Shown: positions 8,025-16,501, counted from the first letter of the stretch. The stretch is 32,000 nt of DNA from Candidatus Thorarchaeota archaeon (GCA_003345555.1 PRDJ01000010.1:1-32000); one strand, 5' to 3'. The notes: a model not told the origin generated them from the sequence alone. Numbers and translations: made by a program.

Positions 8025-8601
8025 CGGACCGTTTGCTTTTCAGAAGCGATCCAGCTATCTCATAGCCCAAATCAAACATCCATATACCTACGGCACTGGG
8101 AAACAGGCCGGGCCAAAGGATACAGAGGAGTAGTGCCGAGAGCTTCAGGGTGAAGCGGTGTCTGAAGAACCATGCAGCGTTTGAGATCTTTGAGAATCCT
8201 ATGACTCCTTGAGTTCCAGACTCCATGATTCCATGACCCACCTCATCGATGGCTGCCGCAAGCAACAGCATGATGAGAAGAGCCCACCAGTCAAGCCAAG
8301 CTGTGACTACGGGAATGCCTCGAATGGCCAGCAATAGCCCAATTAGTAAGAAGCCCGCCATGAACTGGGGTTTGTCGACCTTGCCGGTCAACAGCACGCC
8401 AATCACAACTGCACCAAGCATGGCCATATCCCACTGTGACAGTGTCATTACTGTACCAAAGAATAGGCCCGAGAGTCCAAGCGGGAACCAAGCAAGGTTA
8501 GGTCGATTCAGCTCGTCAAGCAAGTCGTCTCCTGTCTTGAGCGTCAATCCCGCCGACCAGTACATCGCAAGGTAAATGATCCACCACATACTCTCTGGCA
8601 T
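8008..8601 (-). CDS. Conserved archaeal multi-pass membrane protein of unknown function
   Basis: About six hydrophobic segments. Motifs LKTGDDLLD and GKVDKPQF resemble a methanogen hypothetical membrane family. Confidence 0.7.
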   Translation of the reverse strand: MPESMWWIIYLAMYWSAGLTLKTGDDLLDELNRPNLAWFPLGLSGLFFGTVMTLSQWDMAMLGAVVIGVLLTGKVDKPQFMAGFLLIGLLLAIRGIPVVTAWLDWWALLIMLLLAAAIDEVGHGIMESGTQGVIGFSKISNAAWFFRHRFTLKLSALLLCILWPGLFPSAVGIWMFDLGYEIAGSLLKSKRSAILGK

Positions 8602-8624
8602 TCCTCAGGAAGTCATTGCTGAGG

Positions 8625-8698
8625 TGGCTCCTCAGTCTAACTATGACTCGTCGCAGGGCACGAATGCCCTCAGATAGCCAAGATCATCACCGGAGCCA
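8625..8698 (-). ncRNA. Box C/D 2'-O-methylation guide sRNA (double guide)
   Basis: Minus strand: terminal stem UGGCUCC/GGAGCCA; box C GUGAUGA (8690-8684); guide UCUUGGCUAU; D' CUGA (8673-8670); GGGCA-UUCG-UGCCC hairpin; C' GCGACGA; guide GUCAUAGUUAGA; D CUGA (8635-8632). TATA about 25 nt upstream. Confidence 0.85.
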
Positions 8699-8721
8699 TG
8701 TCAGTGTCTGATGATTCTCTG

Positions 8722-8730
8722 ATAAAAGTT
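8722..8730 (-). promoter_or_regulatory. TATA box for the C/D sRNA
   Basis: Minus-strand AACTTTTAT lies 24-29 nt upstream of the predicted sRNA 5' end at 8698. Confidence 0.55.
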
Positions 8731-8741
8731 GAGGGCTGCAC

Positions 8742-9026
8742 TCATAATAGAGTCACGGGAGTCCCCAAAGCCTGTCCCGGCAGGTTTGTCCGAAACTTCG
8801 CTCTGACTGCGCCGCTGTTGCCATGCACACCCAAGACTTTCCCAAGGAACTCGATGCCATTGGGCGAGACCCACTTGACATTCCGGCCCACAAGAGCGGC
8901 TGCGGCGGCCTTCGAGTCAACAGTATCAAACTCTAGTATGACTTGGCCAAAATGCTGAAGATGCTTTCCTCTGCGATAGCTGACTACAGTACCCGTGTGG
9001 CCCTTCAAGACTTTGCCTGCTGACAT
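8742..9026 (-). CDS. rpl35ae: 50S ribosomal protein L35Ae (eL33)
   Basis: GTVVSYRRGKHLQH..QVILE...LVGRNVKW....GKVLGVHGNSGAVRAKFRTNLPGQALG. ATG at 9026 preferred over the longer called ORF. Confidence 0.92.
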   Translation of the reverse strand: MSAGKVLKGHTGTVVSYRRGKHLQHFGQVILEFDTVDSKAAAAALVGRNVKWVSPNGIEFLGKVLGVHGNSGAVRAKFRTNLPGQALGTPVTLL

Positions 9027-9118
9027 TAGCGATTCCTCGCTGAGTGGGTTCTCGAGGCCTCTTGTCAGACACCATTTAAGACTTACTAAATGATGATATC
9101 GAATGCCCAATCCTTTCG

Positions 9119-9760
9119 TTACTCTATTTCGGCTCCTCGCTCCGAGCCCGTGCTTTTCATGGGGACTCTCTCGCCGCGGCGCACTCGCTCTGCTAGCATG
9201 TCCAGTTCTTTTGCTTTCTCCATCAACACGTCTCGCGCAGACCAGCCAACAGGATCCTCGGTCAACGCGATTCTGAAGAGCGCAAACCAGTATCGTCCAT
9301 CCGGCACCTGCAACGGATTCAGGAGGTTGTCAATAACCGTTCTTACTTGACTCACTTTATCAGTTGCAGCATTGATATTATCATACAGCTCTTTCTCGAT
9401 GCGGACGAGTCCTCCAACTCGTCTAGCTGTCTGAATCGGAGCTACAATCGATAGTATCATTACCAGAGCAAGGACCGGCAAAGCCCCCATGAAGTAGCTC
9501 ATATCTGCCTGCGTGAATGTCACATAGAGGACCAGCAGTACGATGGCACTATCAACAATGATGGCCTCAAGCACAACATTGCCCGGTGCCGAAAGGTGCC
9601 AACCGTAGAACCGCTCCGATGCGGAAGAGGGCTTTCGGAAGTTGGTAATACTGCGGATGTACCTTTCGCGCCCCCACCGGGTCAACAACATCCAGACCCC
9701 CTGGACCACCAAACCTGCTATCAAAACGAAGTACCAGTAGCCCGCAGCAATCATCTGCAT
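9119..9760 (-). CDS. Hypothetical membrane protein (about 3 TM helices plus a soluble C-terminal domain)
   Basis: Hydrophobic segments. ATG 9760 lies about 26 nt downstream of a minus-strand CTTAAA (9791-9786), consistent with a leaderless start. Confidence 0.7.
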   Translation of the reverse strand: MQMIAAGYWYFVLIAGLVVQGVWMLLTRWGRERYIRSITNFRKPSSASERFYGWHLSAPGNVVLEAIIVDSAIVLLVLYVTFTQADMSYFMGALPVLALVMILSIVAPIQTARRVGGLVRIEKELYDNINAATDKVSQVRTVIDNLLNPLQVPDGRYWFALFRIALTEDPVGWSARDVLMEKAKELDMLAERVRRGERVPMKSTGSERGAEIE

Positions 9761-9819
9761 GCTGGCTTCTTTGCCCTTGCGCCCGTTTAAGCCTATTGAA
9801 CTAAATACAAGTACTTTCG

Positions 9820-9970
9820 CCAATCCCTCCGGGCCCAAATCCTACTTTCGGGCTCACGATGGAAACCCAAAAGCTTGAATCAAAGCCGCGCCCTATCCCA
9901 TCGTTGAGAACTCGTTCTTAGGCGCGCGAGCCCGAACATAGCCCTCCCGGATTGGTTCGAGCTCGCGCCC
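9820..9970. other. Highly structured intergenic element (candidate ncRNA or cis-regulatory RNA)
   Basis: Perfect helices 9820-26/9949-55, 9847-55/9928-36 and 9856-62/9898-9904, plus an alternative 14-bp stem 9924-37/9955-68. Confidence 0.5.
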
Positions 9971-10031
9971 ATCTTATCCGTTTGACAGAATGCTTTATCA
10001 CCGCCCGACAGCGTTCGACTAATTGATCATC

Positions 10032-10967
10032 ATGGAGCGGGTAAAGTACATCGACCCACAGAGAAACATGTCCGTTGCTGAGCTCGTGCACGCGATGCAG
10101 GACGTTGGAGTGCTCGGCGCTGGTCGTCTTGGCAGGGCTACCGCAATCGTGTCGAGAATGTTTGAAGATCCGGAATGTTTCACTTTCCTTTCGATGTCCG
10201 GTCCAATGGTTCCGGGCGGGCTAAGAAACATGATAGCTTACCTCGTGAGAGAGGGGTACATTGATGCGATAGTTACGAGTGGTGCGAACATCGTACATGA
10301 CCTCGTCGAAGCATACGGTGGCGCACACTATCGTGTTCCCCAGGAGAGGGACGACATCGAGCTCAGGCAGATGGGCATGGGCCGGATTGCTGACATAATC
10401 GTACGTAACGAAGACTTTGAACTCTTTGAAAAGATGATGTATAGGTTTCTAGACTCTTTGTCTCAGAAAAAGCGAGTCACTCTTGCACCAAGCGAATTCC
10501 TGACAGAACTTGGAGACACGTTGACTGACAAGACGTCTATACTGCGCCAGGCTGCACTCAAGAAAGTCCCAATCTTCTCGCCGGGACTGATGGACTCAAT
10601 GCTGGGCTTTCACATGTACACCTATAGCACTATGCAGCCTCTGTCACTTGATTTCGTTAAAGACCTCCGAATACTTGGTGAGATGATTACTGCAACGAAA
10701 AGGACGGGGGCAATCATGCTTGGGGGCGGCCTTGCTAAGCATTTTGCGATGGGCAGCACGATCCTGCGAGGCGGCCTTGACATGGCGATACAGATAACAC
10801 TTGACCGGCCAGAAGGAGGAAGCTTGAGCGGCGCCCCTATCGCGGAAGGAATCTCGTGGCAAAAGGTTCAGACAGATGCGAACTATGAAACGGTCATAGG
10901 CGACGCAACAGTGATTTTCCCGCTAATGGTGATTGCTGCAATCTCTTCAGAAATGACACATCGATGA
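10032..10967 (+). CDS. dys: Deoxyhypusine synthase
   Basis: SGPMVPGGLR, IVTSGANIVHD, GGGLAKH, GSLSGA..AEGISWQK (catalytic Lys), GDATVIFP. TTG 10023 is an alternative start. Confidence 0.92.
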   Translation: MERVKYIDPQRNMSVAELVHAMQDVGVLGAGRLGRATAIVSRMFEDPECFTFLSMSGPMVPGGLRNMIAYLVREGYIDAIVTSGANIVHDLVEAYGGAHYRVPQERDDIELRQMGMGRIADIIVRNEDFELFEKMMYRFLDSLSQKKRVTLAPSEFLTELGDTLTDKTSILRQAALKKVPIFSPGLMDSMLGFHMYTYSTMQPLSLDFVKDLRILGEMITATKRTGAIMLGGGLAKHFAMGSTILRGGLDMAIQITLDRPEGGSLSGAPIAEGISWQKVQTDANYETVIGDATVIFPLMVIAAISSEMTHR

Positions 10968-11221
10968 TACGGGCCCTGTCTTCGTGGATTGAGTCACTCT
11001 TCTGTCAGAATACTGCTTAGCCATTCGTAACGTTGTCTGCCGTATAGTGCCCGTCGCCCGTCCTCGGGTGGTACCATCCTTCTCAAGCAGACTTGGATAC
11101 GCCACATGAATCAGCGGGCACGAGGTTCTCCAAGCCATGCCATAATCCTTTTATTCGGTCCGCAGGGCGTTTCGCTGAGTCCCACTACGTACGGCCATAG
11201 ACTACGTATCAGGTGAGAACA

Positions 11222-11764
11222 ATGGGTAAGCGTCCCGGGCGTTGCTATAGGGAATGTGATCGGCCACCATTCATGCGTGGTAAATTCATTCACAGACAAC
11301 CAGCATCCAAGCTGGTCAGCTTTGACATGGGCCAGCCCAATGGTGACTTTGAGGTAGAGATGTCTCTCGTTGGTCTTGAGCGATGCCAGATTAGGAATCA
11401 AGCCCTTGAGGCCGCACGTATCGCAGCGAACAGGCACATGTCCAAGAAGACCGCGAAACAGAAGTTCCACCTGCGAATTCGTGTCAAACCATATCAGTGG
11501 CTTCGCGAAAACAAAATGGTTACTGGGGCAGGAGCAGACCGAGTACAAGATGGCATGCGAAAGGCGTGGGGCAAGGTTATTGGCAGTTCTGCACGTATTC
11601 GTCCCGGCCAAGCCATAATCACGATACGCGTCAACAGAGATCAGATTCAGACTGCTCACGAAGCACTCGAGAAAGCCGCTCCAAAGATACCTACGCCATG
11701 TAGAATAGTCTTCGACCGAATCGACCCTGAGCTGAGGAGAAAGCTCGGTTACGGCGCAGAGTAG
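11222..11764 (+). CDS. rpl10e: 50S ribosomal protein L10e (uL16)
   Basis: MGKRPGRCYR, QIRNQALEAARIAANRHM, LRENKMVTGAGADRVQDGMRKAWGKVIG. Confidence 0.96.
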   Translation: MGKRPGRCYRECDRPPFMRGKFIHRQPASKLVSFDMGQPNGDFEVEMSLVGLERCQIRNQALEAARIAANRHMSKKTAKQKFHLRIRVKPYQWLRENKMVTGAGADRVQDGMRKAWGKVIGSSARIRPGQAIITIRVNRDQIQTAHEALEKAAPKIPTPCRIVFDRIDPELRRKLGYGAE

Positions 11765-12489
11765 TCCTTGTCCTTTTCTAGTACAAGGTCTCTCAGCACG
11801 CGAGCGAATCCGGTCATTGTGAAAGCTTCTCTCCCTGTAATGTAAGACCTGCTCAACAGATTCCTGAAGACCCGTTTCATTATTGGCTTCCTGTGTTCAG
11901 GGATTGGAAGACAATCCATTACTTCATCGATGAACTTGCACACCTGGTCCCGTTCCTGCCTTGTTGCTGGCCGGGCACCGGACAGGGCTTGTTTCCTCTT
12001 CGGCACGTATCTCACGAAGAGGTCATACAGGGTAACTGCGACTGCATGGCTCAGATTTATGCTTGGATACCTTGCAGAGGTGGGTATCGAGAAGACCAAA
12101 TCACAAGCATCGATTTCTTCATTGGTCAGTCCGGAGCTCTCTCTGCCAAAGACCAATGCAACTTTTCCATTCAATGATGTAGGGTCAGGGAGTTCGGTCA
12201 ATGATACAACGGCACGCGTCACGCTGAGGTTCCCGCCAGCCCTTGCTGTAGCAGCCCATGCCACATGAGTCCCTTCAAGGGCAGACGGCAAGTCTGGGAA
12301 TATCTCCGCGGATTCAAGAATATCCAGTGCATGAACCGAGTATATTCTTGCCTGCTCATCCTCTCTAGGGTCTGCACCGACTATACTGAGATTGGAAATC
12401 CCGAAGTTCGCCATCGCCCTTGCTACGAAACCAACATTGCCGGGGGTTTCTGGTTGGACGAGGACGATAATCAGTTCTGGTAGCTCCAT
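11749..12489 (-). CDS. trmJ: SPOUT RNA methyltransferase, TrmJ/LasT family (tRNA C32 2'-O-methyltransferase-like)
   Basis: VLVQPETPGNVGFVARAMANFG, ALVFGRESSGLTNEE, YPSINLSHAV. Confidence 0.85.
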   Translation of the reverse strand: MELPELIIVLVQPETPGNVGFVARAMANFGISNLSIVGADPREDEQARIYSVHALDILESAEIFPDLPSALEGTHVAWAATARAGGNLSVTRAVVSLTELPDPTSLNGKVALVFGRESSGLTNEEIDACDLVFSIPTSARYPSINLSHAVAVTLYDLFVRYVPKRKQALSGARPATRQERDQVCKFIDEVMDCLPIPEHRKPIMKRVFRNLLSRSYITGREAFTMTGFARVLRDLVLEKDKDYSAP

Positions 12490-12531
12490 AGACTTTCCTG
12501 CCTCGCCGCGATTATACCTCGCAGGAGCCAG

Positions 12532-13707
12532 CTATGTGTGCAACAGCTGGAGTATGTCGCGATCCTGAAGTGGGTAGCTCAGACCTACTTGTCTTCGCTT
12601 AATCTTGTCGTTCTCTCTGAAAATGACTGCGGCTCGGAATCTCTCAACGAACAGCTGTTTGTGTACCTTCCGAGCTGCGTCTTCAACGACAGCGCCCTCG
12701 GGGAGGATAATGGGCTTCTCATCGGGGTCTTTGCCTGGGCTCTTGGTGTAGATGCGGAGGATATCCAAGTGATCAAACAAGGCCCACTTCATCGCCTCCA
12801 AGTTTTGTCCCTTGATGGCGGAGACCGGGACTATGTCGAACCTATCGCCGAACTTGGCCTTGAGTTCCTCATAGCGTTCGCTTGAGCCGGTGATGTCCCC
12901 CTTCGTGGCAATCACAAGGGCCCTCACGTAGACAACGCTGGCGTCGAACGCGTCGACAAACTGCTGAAAGGTTGCGGGTTTCTGAAAGCGGACGATGACA
13001 TTGGTAGCTTTGCGGGCTCTGAGATACTCTCGTACTTCCTCTATGTCGCCCTGATAGCTCTGGGCACCATAGATCATTTGTCCTCCCATGCCAACTCTCT
13101 CGACTCTCACAGCCGACTTCTCTTTGTTGAGCCTGATTCTCGACCTATCAATCTCCTCTAGAATCACACTCATTTGTGAGTCTATGTCCTGAGATAGGTC
13201 GACTATAATGGCAATACAATCAGTATTCCGTGCTAGGGCCATTGCTTGCCTACCGATGCCGGTTTCACGGCTGCCCTCAAAAACGCCCGGGAGTTCCACA
13301 AGCTGAATGTTGACATCTTCCAAAGTCATCATTGCAGGCACGGGCACGGCGGTTGTGAAGGGATGGTCGCCTATGGTGAGGTTTGCATTGGTCACCGAGT
13401 TGATCAGAGCGGACTTGCCACTGGTGGTCATGCCTACCAAGCAAACCTGCCCTGCTCCCTCCTTCTTGATTACTCCTTCTTCACTGCCTGAGCTTCTTCG
13501 TGTCCGTTCAATCTCCTTCTTCTTCTCAAGGTCTGCCTTGTGGCGAGCGAGCTTCTTTCGGTAGTCGGAGACCATTTTCTCCGCTCCCTTGTGGCCGGGA
13601 GCTAGTGACAGAAGCTTCTCCAGTTCTGCAATCTTCTGTTCCAGAGACTCTGCATCCTCATACCGTTGCCGCTGTGCTTCAAACTGGGGAGACACATTTG
13701 TGGGCAC
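12532..13707 (-). CDS. OBG/DRG-family GTPase with a C-terminal TGS domain
   Basis: MPTNV...HKGAE N-terminus (GTG 13707), GMTTSGKS, PFTT, ELPG, TKGD, ILRIYTKSPG, VEDAARKVH, LQDRDILQL. Confidence 0.88.
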   Translation of the reverse strand: MPTNVSPQFEAQRQRYEDAESLEQKIAELEKLLSLAPGHKGAEKMVSDYRKKLARHKADLEKKKEIERTRRSSGSEEGVIKKEGAGQVCLVGMTTSGKSALINSVTNANLTIGDHPFTTAVPVPAMMTLEDVNIQLVELPGVFEGSRETGIGRQAMALARNTDCIAIIVDLSQDIDSQMSVILEEIDRSRIRLNKEKSAVRVERVGMGGQMIYGAQSYQGDIEEVREYLRARKATNVIVRFQKPATFQQFVDAFDASVVYVRALVIATKGDITGSSERYEELKAKFGDRFDIVPVSAIKGQNLEAMKWALFDHLDILRIYTKSPGKDPDEKPIILPEGAVVEDAARKVHKQLFVERFRAAVIFRENDKIKRRQVGLSYPLQDRDILQLLHT

Positions 13708-13759
13708 TCGAGACCACACACACGAGTACTCGATTACAGAGACGATGTGAAGGATGCTA

Positions 13760-14353
13760 TTATGAACCTTTCTTCAGGAGCGATGTCTCAAGCGGGTCGC
13801 AGTGGAAGTTTACGTCAAGAATGAACCTTTCAGGGTTTGAGGGGCGATGTAGCAACACTGACCAAGTACTGGCACGTTGACGCGAAATCACATCCGCCAA
13901 GTCGTACACGAATAATCCTTCTCTTGACACATTTTTCCAATCATTACTATGCGCAGACGAATCCGCAATATGAACACATTGTGCAGACCAGCCTCTAACA
14001 AGGTTCGGTAAGTCGGTTCTGGACAGCACTATACCATTATCCATGAATCTGACTGTACCAAGATGCATCTTGTCTAGCAGAAGCATCGCCTTGAGCAAGA
14101 AGGAAGAAATCGAACGCTCGTCGGGTGATACCCTCTTGATTCTCCCTCCCGAGAAGGATATGACCCGGAGATCGGCATCGTCGCCGACACATACGCTTAC
14201 TTCAACATTTCTTCGAATGCTACCAGAGAGAAAGAGGGCGACATTGACGCACCTGCACGCAACAACCGTCTCTCTGCTGTTGAGACCCGACTTCACCTGC
14301 TCAACATCAATTGGAATGTCTCTGAATCCTACGGCGAAGCGACGGGCAATCAA
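13760..14353 (-). CDS. trmY: Divergent TrmY-like (tRNA pseudouridine54-N1 methyltransferase) SPOUT protein
   Basis: CRCVNVALFLSGSIRRNV and RVSPDERSISSFLLKA match the TrmY N-terminal half. It sits directly downstream of srp54, a common archaeal neighbourhood. The C-terminal knot motifs look degenerate. Confidence 0.65.
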   Translation of the reverse strand: MIARRFAVGFRDIPIDVEQVKSGLNSRETVVACRCVNVALFLSGSIRRNVEVSVCVGDDADLRVISFSGGRIKRVSPDERSISSFLLKAMLLLDKMHLGTVRFMDNGIVLSRTDLPNLVRGWSAQCVHIADSSAHSNDWKNVSREGLFVYDLADVISRQRASTWSVLLHRPSNPERFILDVNFHCDPLETSLLKKGS

Positions 14354-14387
14354 TCTAACACGTCCGCAAGATAAGTGGGTTTACCTC

Positions 14388-15731
14388 TCAAATGCCGGGC
14401 AACCCGGGAACACCTGGCACGGCTCCTCGTCTACCCCTTCTTGACTTCCCAAAGGCCTTCAGCATTTTCTTCATCTGTTCATATTGTTTGAGAAGTTCTT
14501 TCACATCGCTTTGTCGAGTTCCGGAGCCCATTGCTACTCGCCTGATTCGTGATGATTTGATGATTCTTGGATCGTCCAGTTCTTCGCGCGTCATGGAATT
14601 CATAATAACCTCAAACCGTTTCAGATTCTCCTCCTGAAGCTCTGCCACATTTTCCGGCAACTTGTACTTCAGGCCGAGCATCTCCATGACCTTTCCGATG
14701 GGGCCCATTTTCTTGAGCTGCTTGAGCTGAGCCATCATGTCTGTTAGCGAGAATTGGCCTTTCATGATGCGCTTTGCAGATTCCTCGTCGATTTCGACCT
14801 GAGCCTCTCTGACTTTCTCAATCAGGCCTTTGATATCTGACATACCCAACAATCGGCCTGCAAACTTCGTCGGATTGAAGGGCTCAATTGCATCAATGCC
14901 CTCTCCTGTACCGATGAACTTTATCGGTGCTTGAGTGGCTGCCACAGCCGACAATGCCCCGCCTCCCTTTGCACTGCCGTCCAATTTGGTTACTATAATC
15001 GACCCAATATCCGTTGCATTCTTGAATGCCACGGCCTGAACGCCTGCCTGTTGGCCTAGAGTTCCATCCACAACGAGAATTATCTCCTGTGGGTTGACAG
15101 CCTTAGCAATCTCCTGCATTTCCTTGATTAATCCGGCCTCTTCCCGATGGCGGCCTGCCGTGTCCAGCAGAATCAGCTCAATACCTTTGCTCACCATTTC
15201 TTGGTAGCCTTTCTTTGCAAGCTTTACCGCGTTCTTTTCGGTCTCGTCTCCATAGAAAGGCACACTCGATTTCTCAGCCAGTTGTTTGAGCTGAGCATAT
15301 GCACCTAGGCGAAAATTGTCTGCACATATCACACCGGTCTTGATACCGCGTTTCTGATAGTACCGGGCCAGCTTGCCCACACATGTAGTCTTTCCTGAGC
15401 CTTGGATGCCTACCATCATGACTAGGTTGGGCTTGCCGGGGTTAATCGTTAGGGGAACGGCCTTTTCGCCGAGGAAGTAGGAAAGACTGTCCCAGACGAC
15501 TTTTACAATGTGTTCTCTTCGGGAGACTCCCCTGGGAAGTGATTCATCGAGCGCAAGCTTCTGAACCCTGTCAGTAATCTGCATTACCAGATTCACATCC
15601 ACGTCTGCCTGTAGTAGGGCACGCTGGATGTCTTTCACTAGTTCTTTGACCAGTTCCTCGTCTATTACGCCCGCTCCGAACAGCTTCTTGAGCGCTGAAT
15701 TCAGGGCTTTGCCTAGGGCTTCGAGGACCAC
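14388..15731 (-). CDS. srp54: Signal recognition particle protein SRP54
   Basis: ALLQADV, GIQGSGKTT, DTAGRH, TKLDGSAKGGGALS, M domain QLKKMGP...IMNSMT..E...RIRRVAMGSG. Confidence 0.97.
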   Translation of the reverse strand: MVLEALGKALNSALKKLFGAGVIDEELVKELVKDIQRALLQADVDVNLVMQITDRVQKLALDESLPRGVSRREHIVKVVWDSLSYFLGEKAVPLTINPGKPNLVMMVGIQGSGKTTCVGKLARYYQKRGIKTGVICADNFRLGAYAQLKQLAEKSSVPFYGDETEKNAVKLAKKGYQEMVSKGIELILLDTAGRHREEAGLIKEMQEIAKAVNPQEIILVVDGTLGQQAGVQAVAFKNATDIGSIIVTKLDGSAKGGGALSAVAATQAPIKFIGTGEGIDAIEPFNPTKFAGRLLGMSDIKGLIEKVREAQVEIDEESAKRIMKGQFSLTDMMAQLKQLKKMGPIGKVMEMLGLKYKLPENVAELQEENLKRFEVIMNSMTREELDDPRIIKSSRIRRVAMGSGTRQSDVKELLKQYEQMKKMLKAFGKSRRGRRGAVPGVPGLPGI

Positions 15732-15857
15732 TTCTTACCACCCTTTTCGGTCCCGGACACTCCCCTGTATTCTGCATATCAAGCTTGGCATCCATTGTCT
15801 AGAGCAAATGCTAAAATGCGGCGGTATTCTCTGTCTTCGGCAGATACGGTGAGAACC

Positions 15858-16349
15858 ATGGCTACAACCCCAATCGATGAGAAACTAAGGGTCGACAAAA
15901 TCAAGGATGGCACAGTCATAGATCATATCAGGGGAGGTCATGCTCTTGAGGTGCTTGAGATTCTAGGCATTACAGGGAAAGAGGGCGCTATTGTAAGCCT
16001 AGCTATGAATGTAGCTAGTTCCAAGATGGGCCGAAAGGATATAGTGAAAATTGAAACAAGGTTTCTCGATAGCGCCGAGGTGGCAAAGATTGCATTGGTG
16101 GCCCCTGAGGCCACGATAAACCTGATACGTGACACTAAGGTCGTAAAGAAGACTCGTGTTCAGCTGCCAAATATCATCAGCGATGTCATCAAATGCCCGA
16201 ATACACGTTGCATCACCAATCAAGAACGTGAGCCAATAACTGCAAGCTACCAAGTAGTATCCAAGTCCCCAATACAGCTGAAGTGCCTCTACTGTTGGAC
16301 ACTGGTCAGTGACGAAGAAATCATATCCCAGTTCACTGTCAGGAAATGA
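15858..16349 (+). CDS. pyrI: Aspartate carbamoyltransferase regulatory chain
   Basis: LRVDKIKDGTVIDHI, GRKDIVKIE, Zn ligands CPNTRC...CLYC. ATG 15858 follows GGTGA. Confidence 0.95.
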   Translation: MATTPIDEKLRVDKIKDGTVIDHIRGGHALEVLEILGITGKEGAIVSLAMNVASSKMGRKDIVKIETRFLDSAEVAKIALVAPEATINLIRDTKVVKKTRVQLPNIISDVIKCPNTRCITNQEREPITASYQVVSKSPIQLKCLYCWTLVSDEEIISQFTVRK

Positions 16350-16501
16350 AAGGCTGCTCAGCCGTGCGTGGTGGAGATGATTGGCTCTCATCTATGGCTG
16401 CAGACCGTTGCTGCAACCTGCGACGCCAGAATCAGGTGCGTGCAGAACCCTTTTTAATGGGGTATCAGTGGCGCCCTTGAACAAGCTCGACGTGAAGTCC
16501 C

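Noticed and set aside
9820-9845. SRP RNA helix 8 (CCC-GGAG-GGA on the minus strand)
   Set aside because: The flanking CAGG/AGCA internal loop is missing and the region is too short for a roughly 300-nt archaeal 7S RNA.
9921-9970. tRNA or tRNA-Sec candidate (GGTTCGAG resembles a T-loop)
   Set aside because: No T-stem flanks the motif, there is no U8/D-loop GG or anticodon arm, and no cloverleaf can be drawn on either strand.
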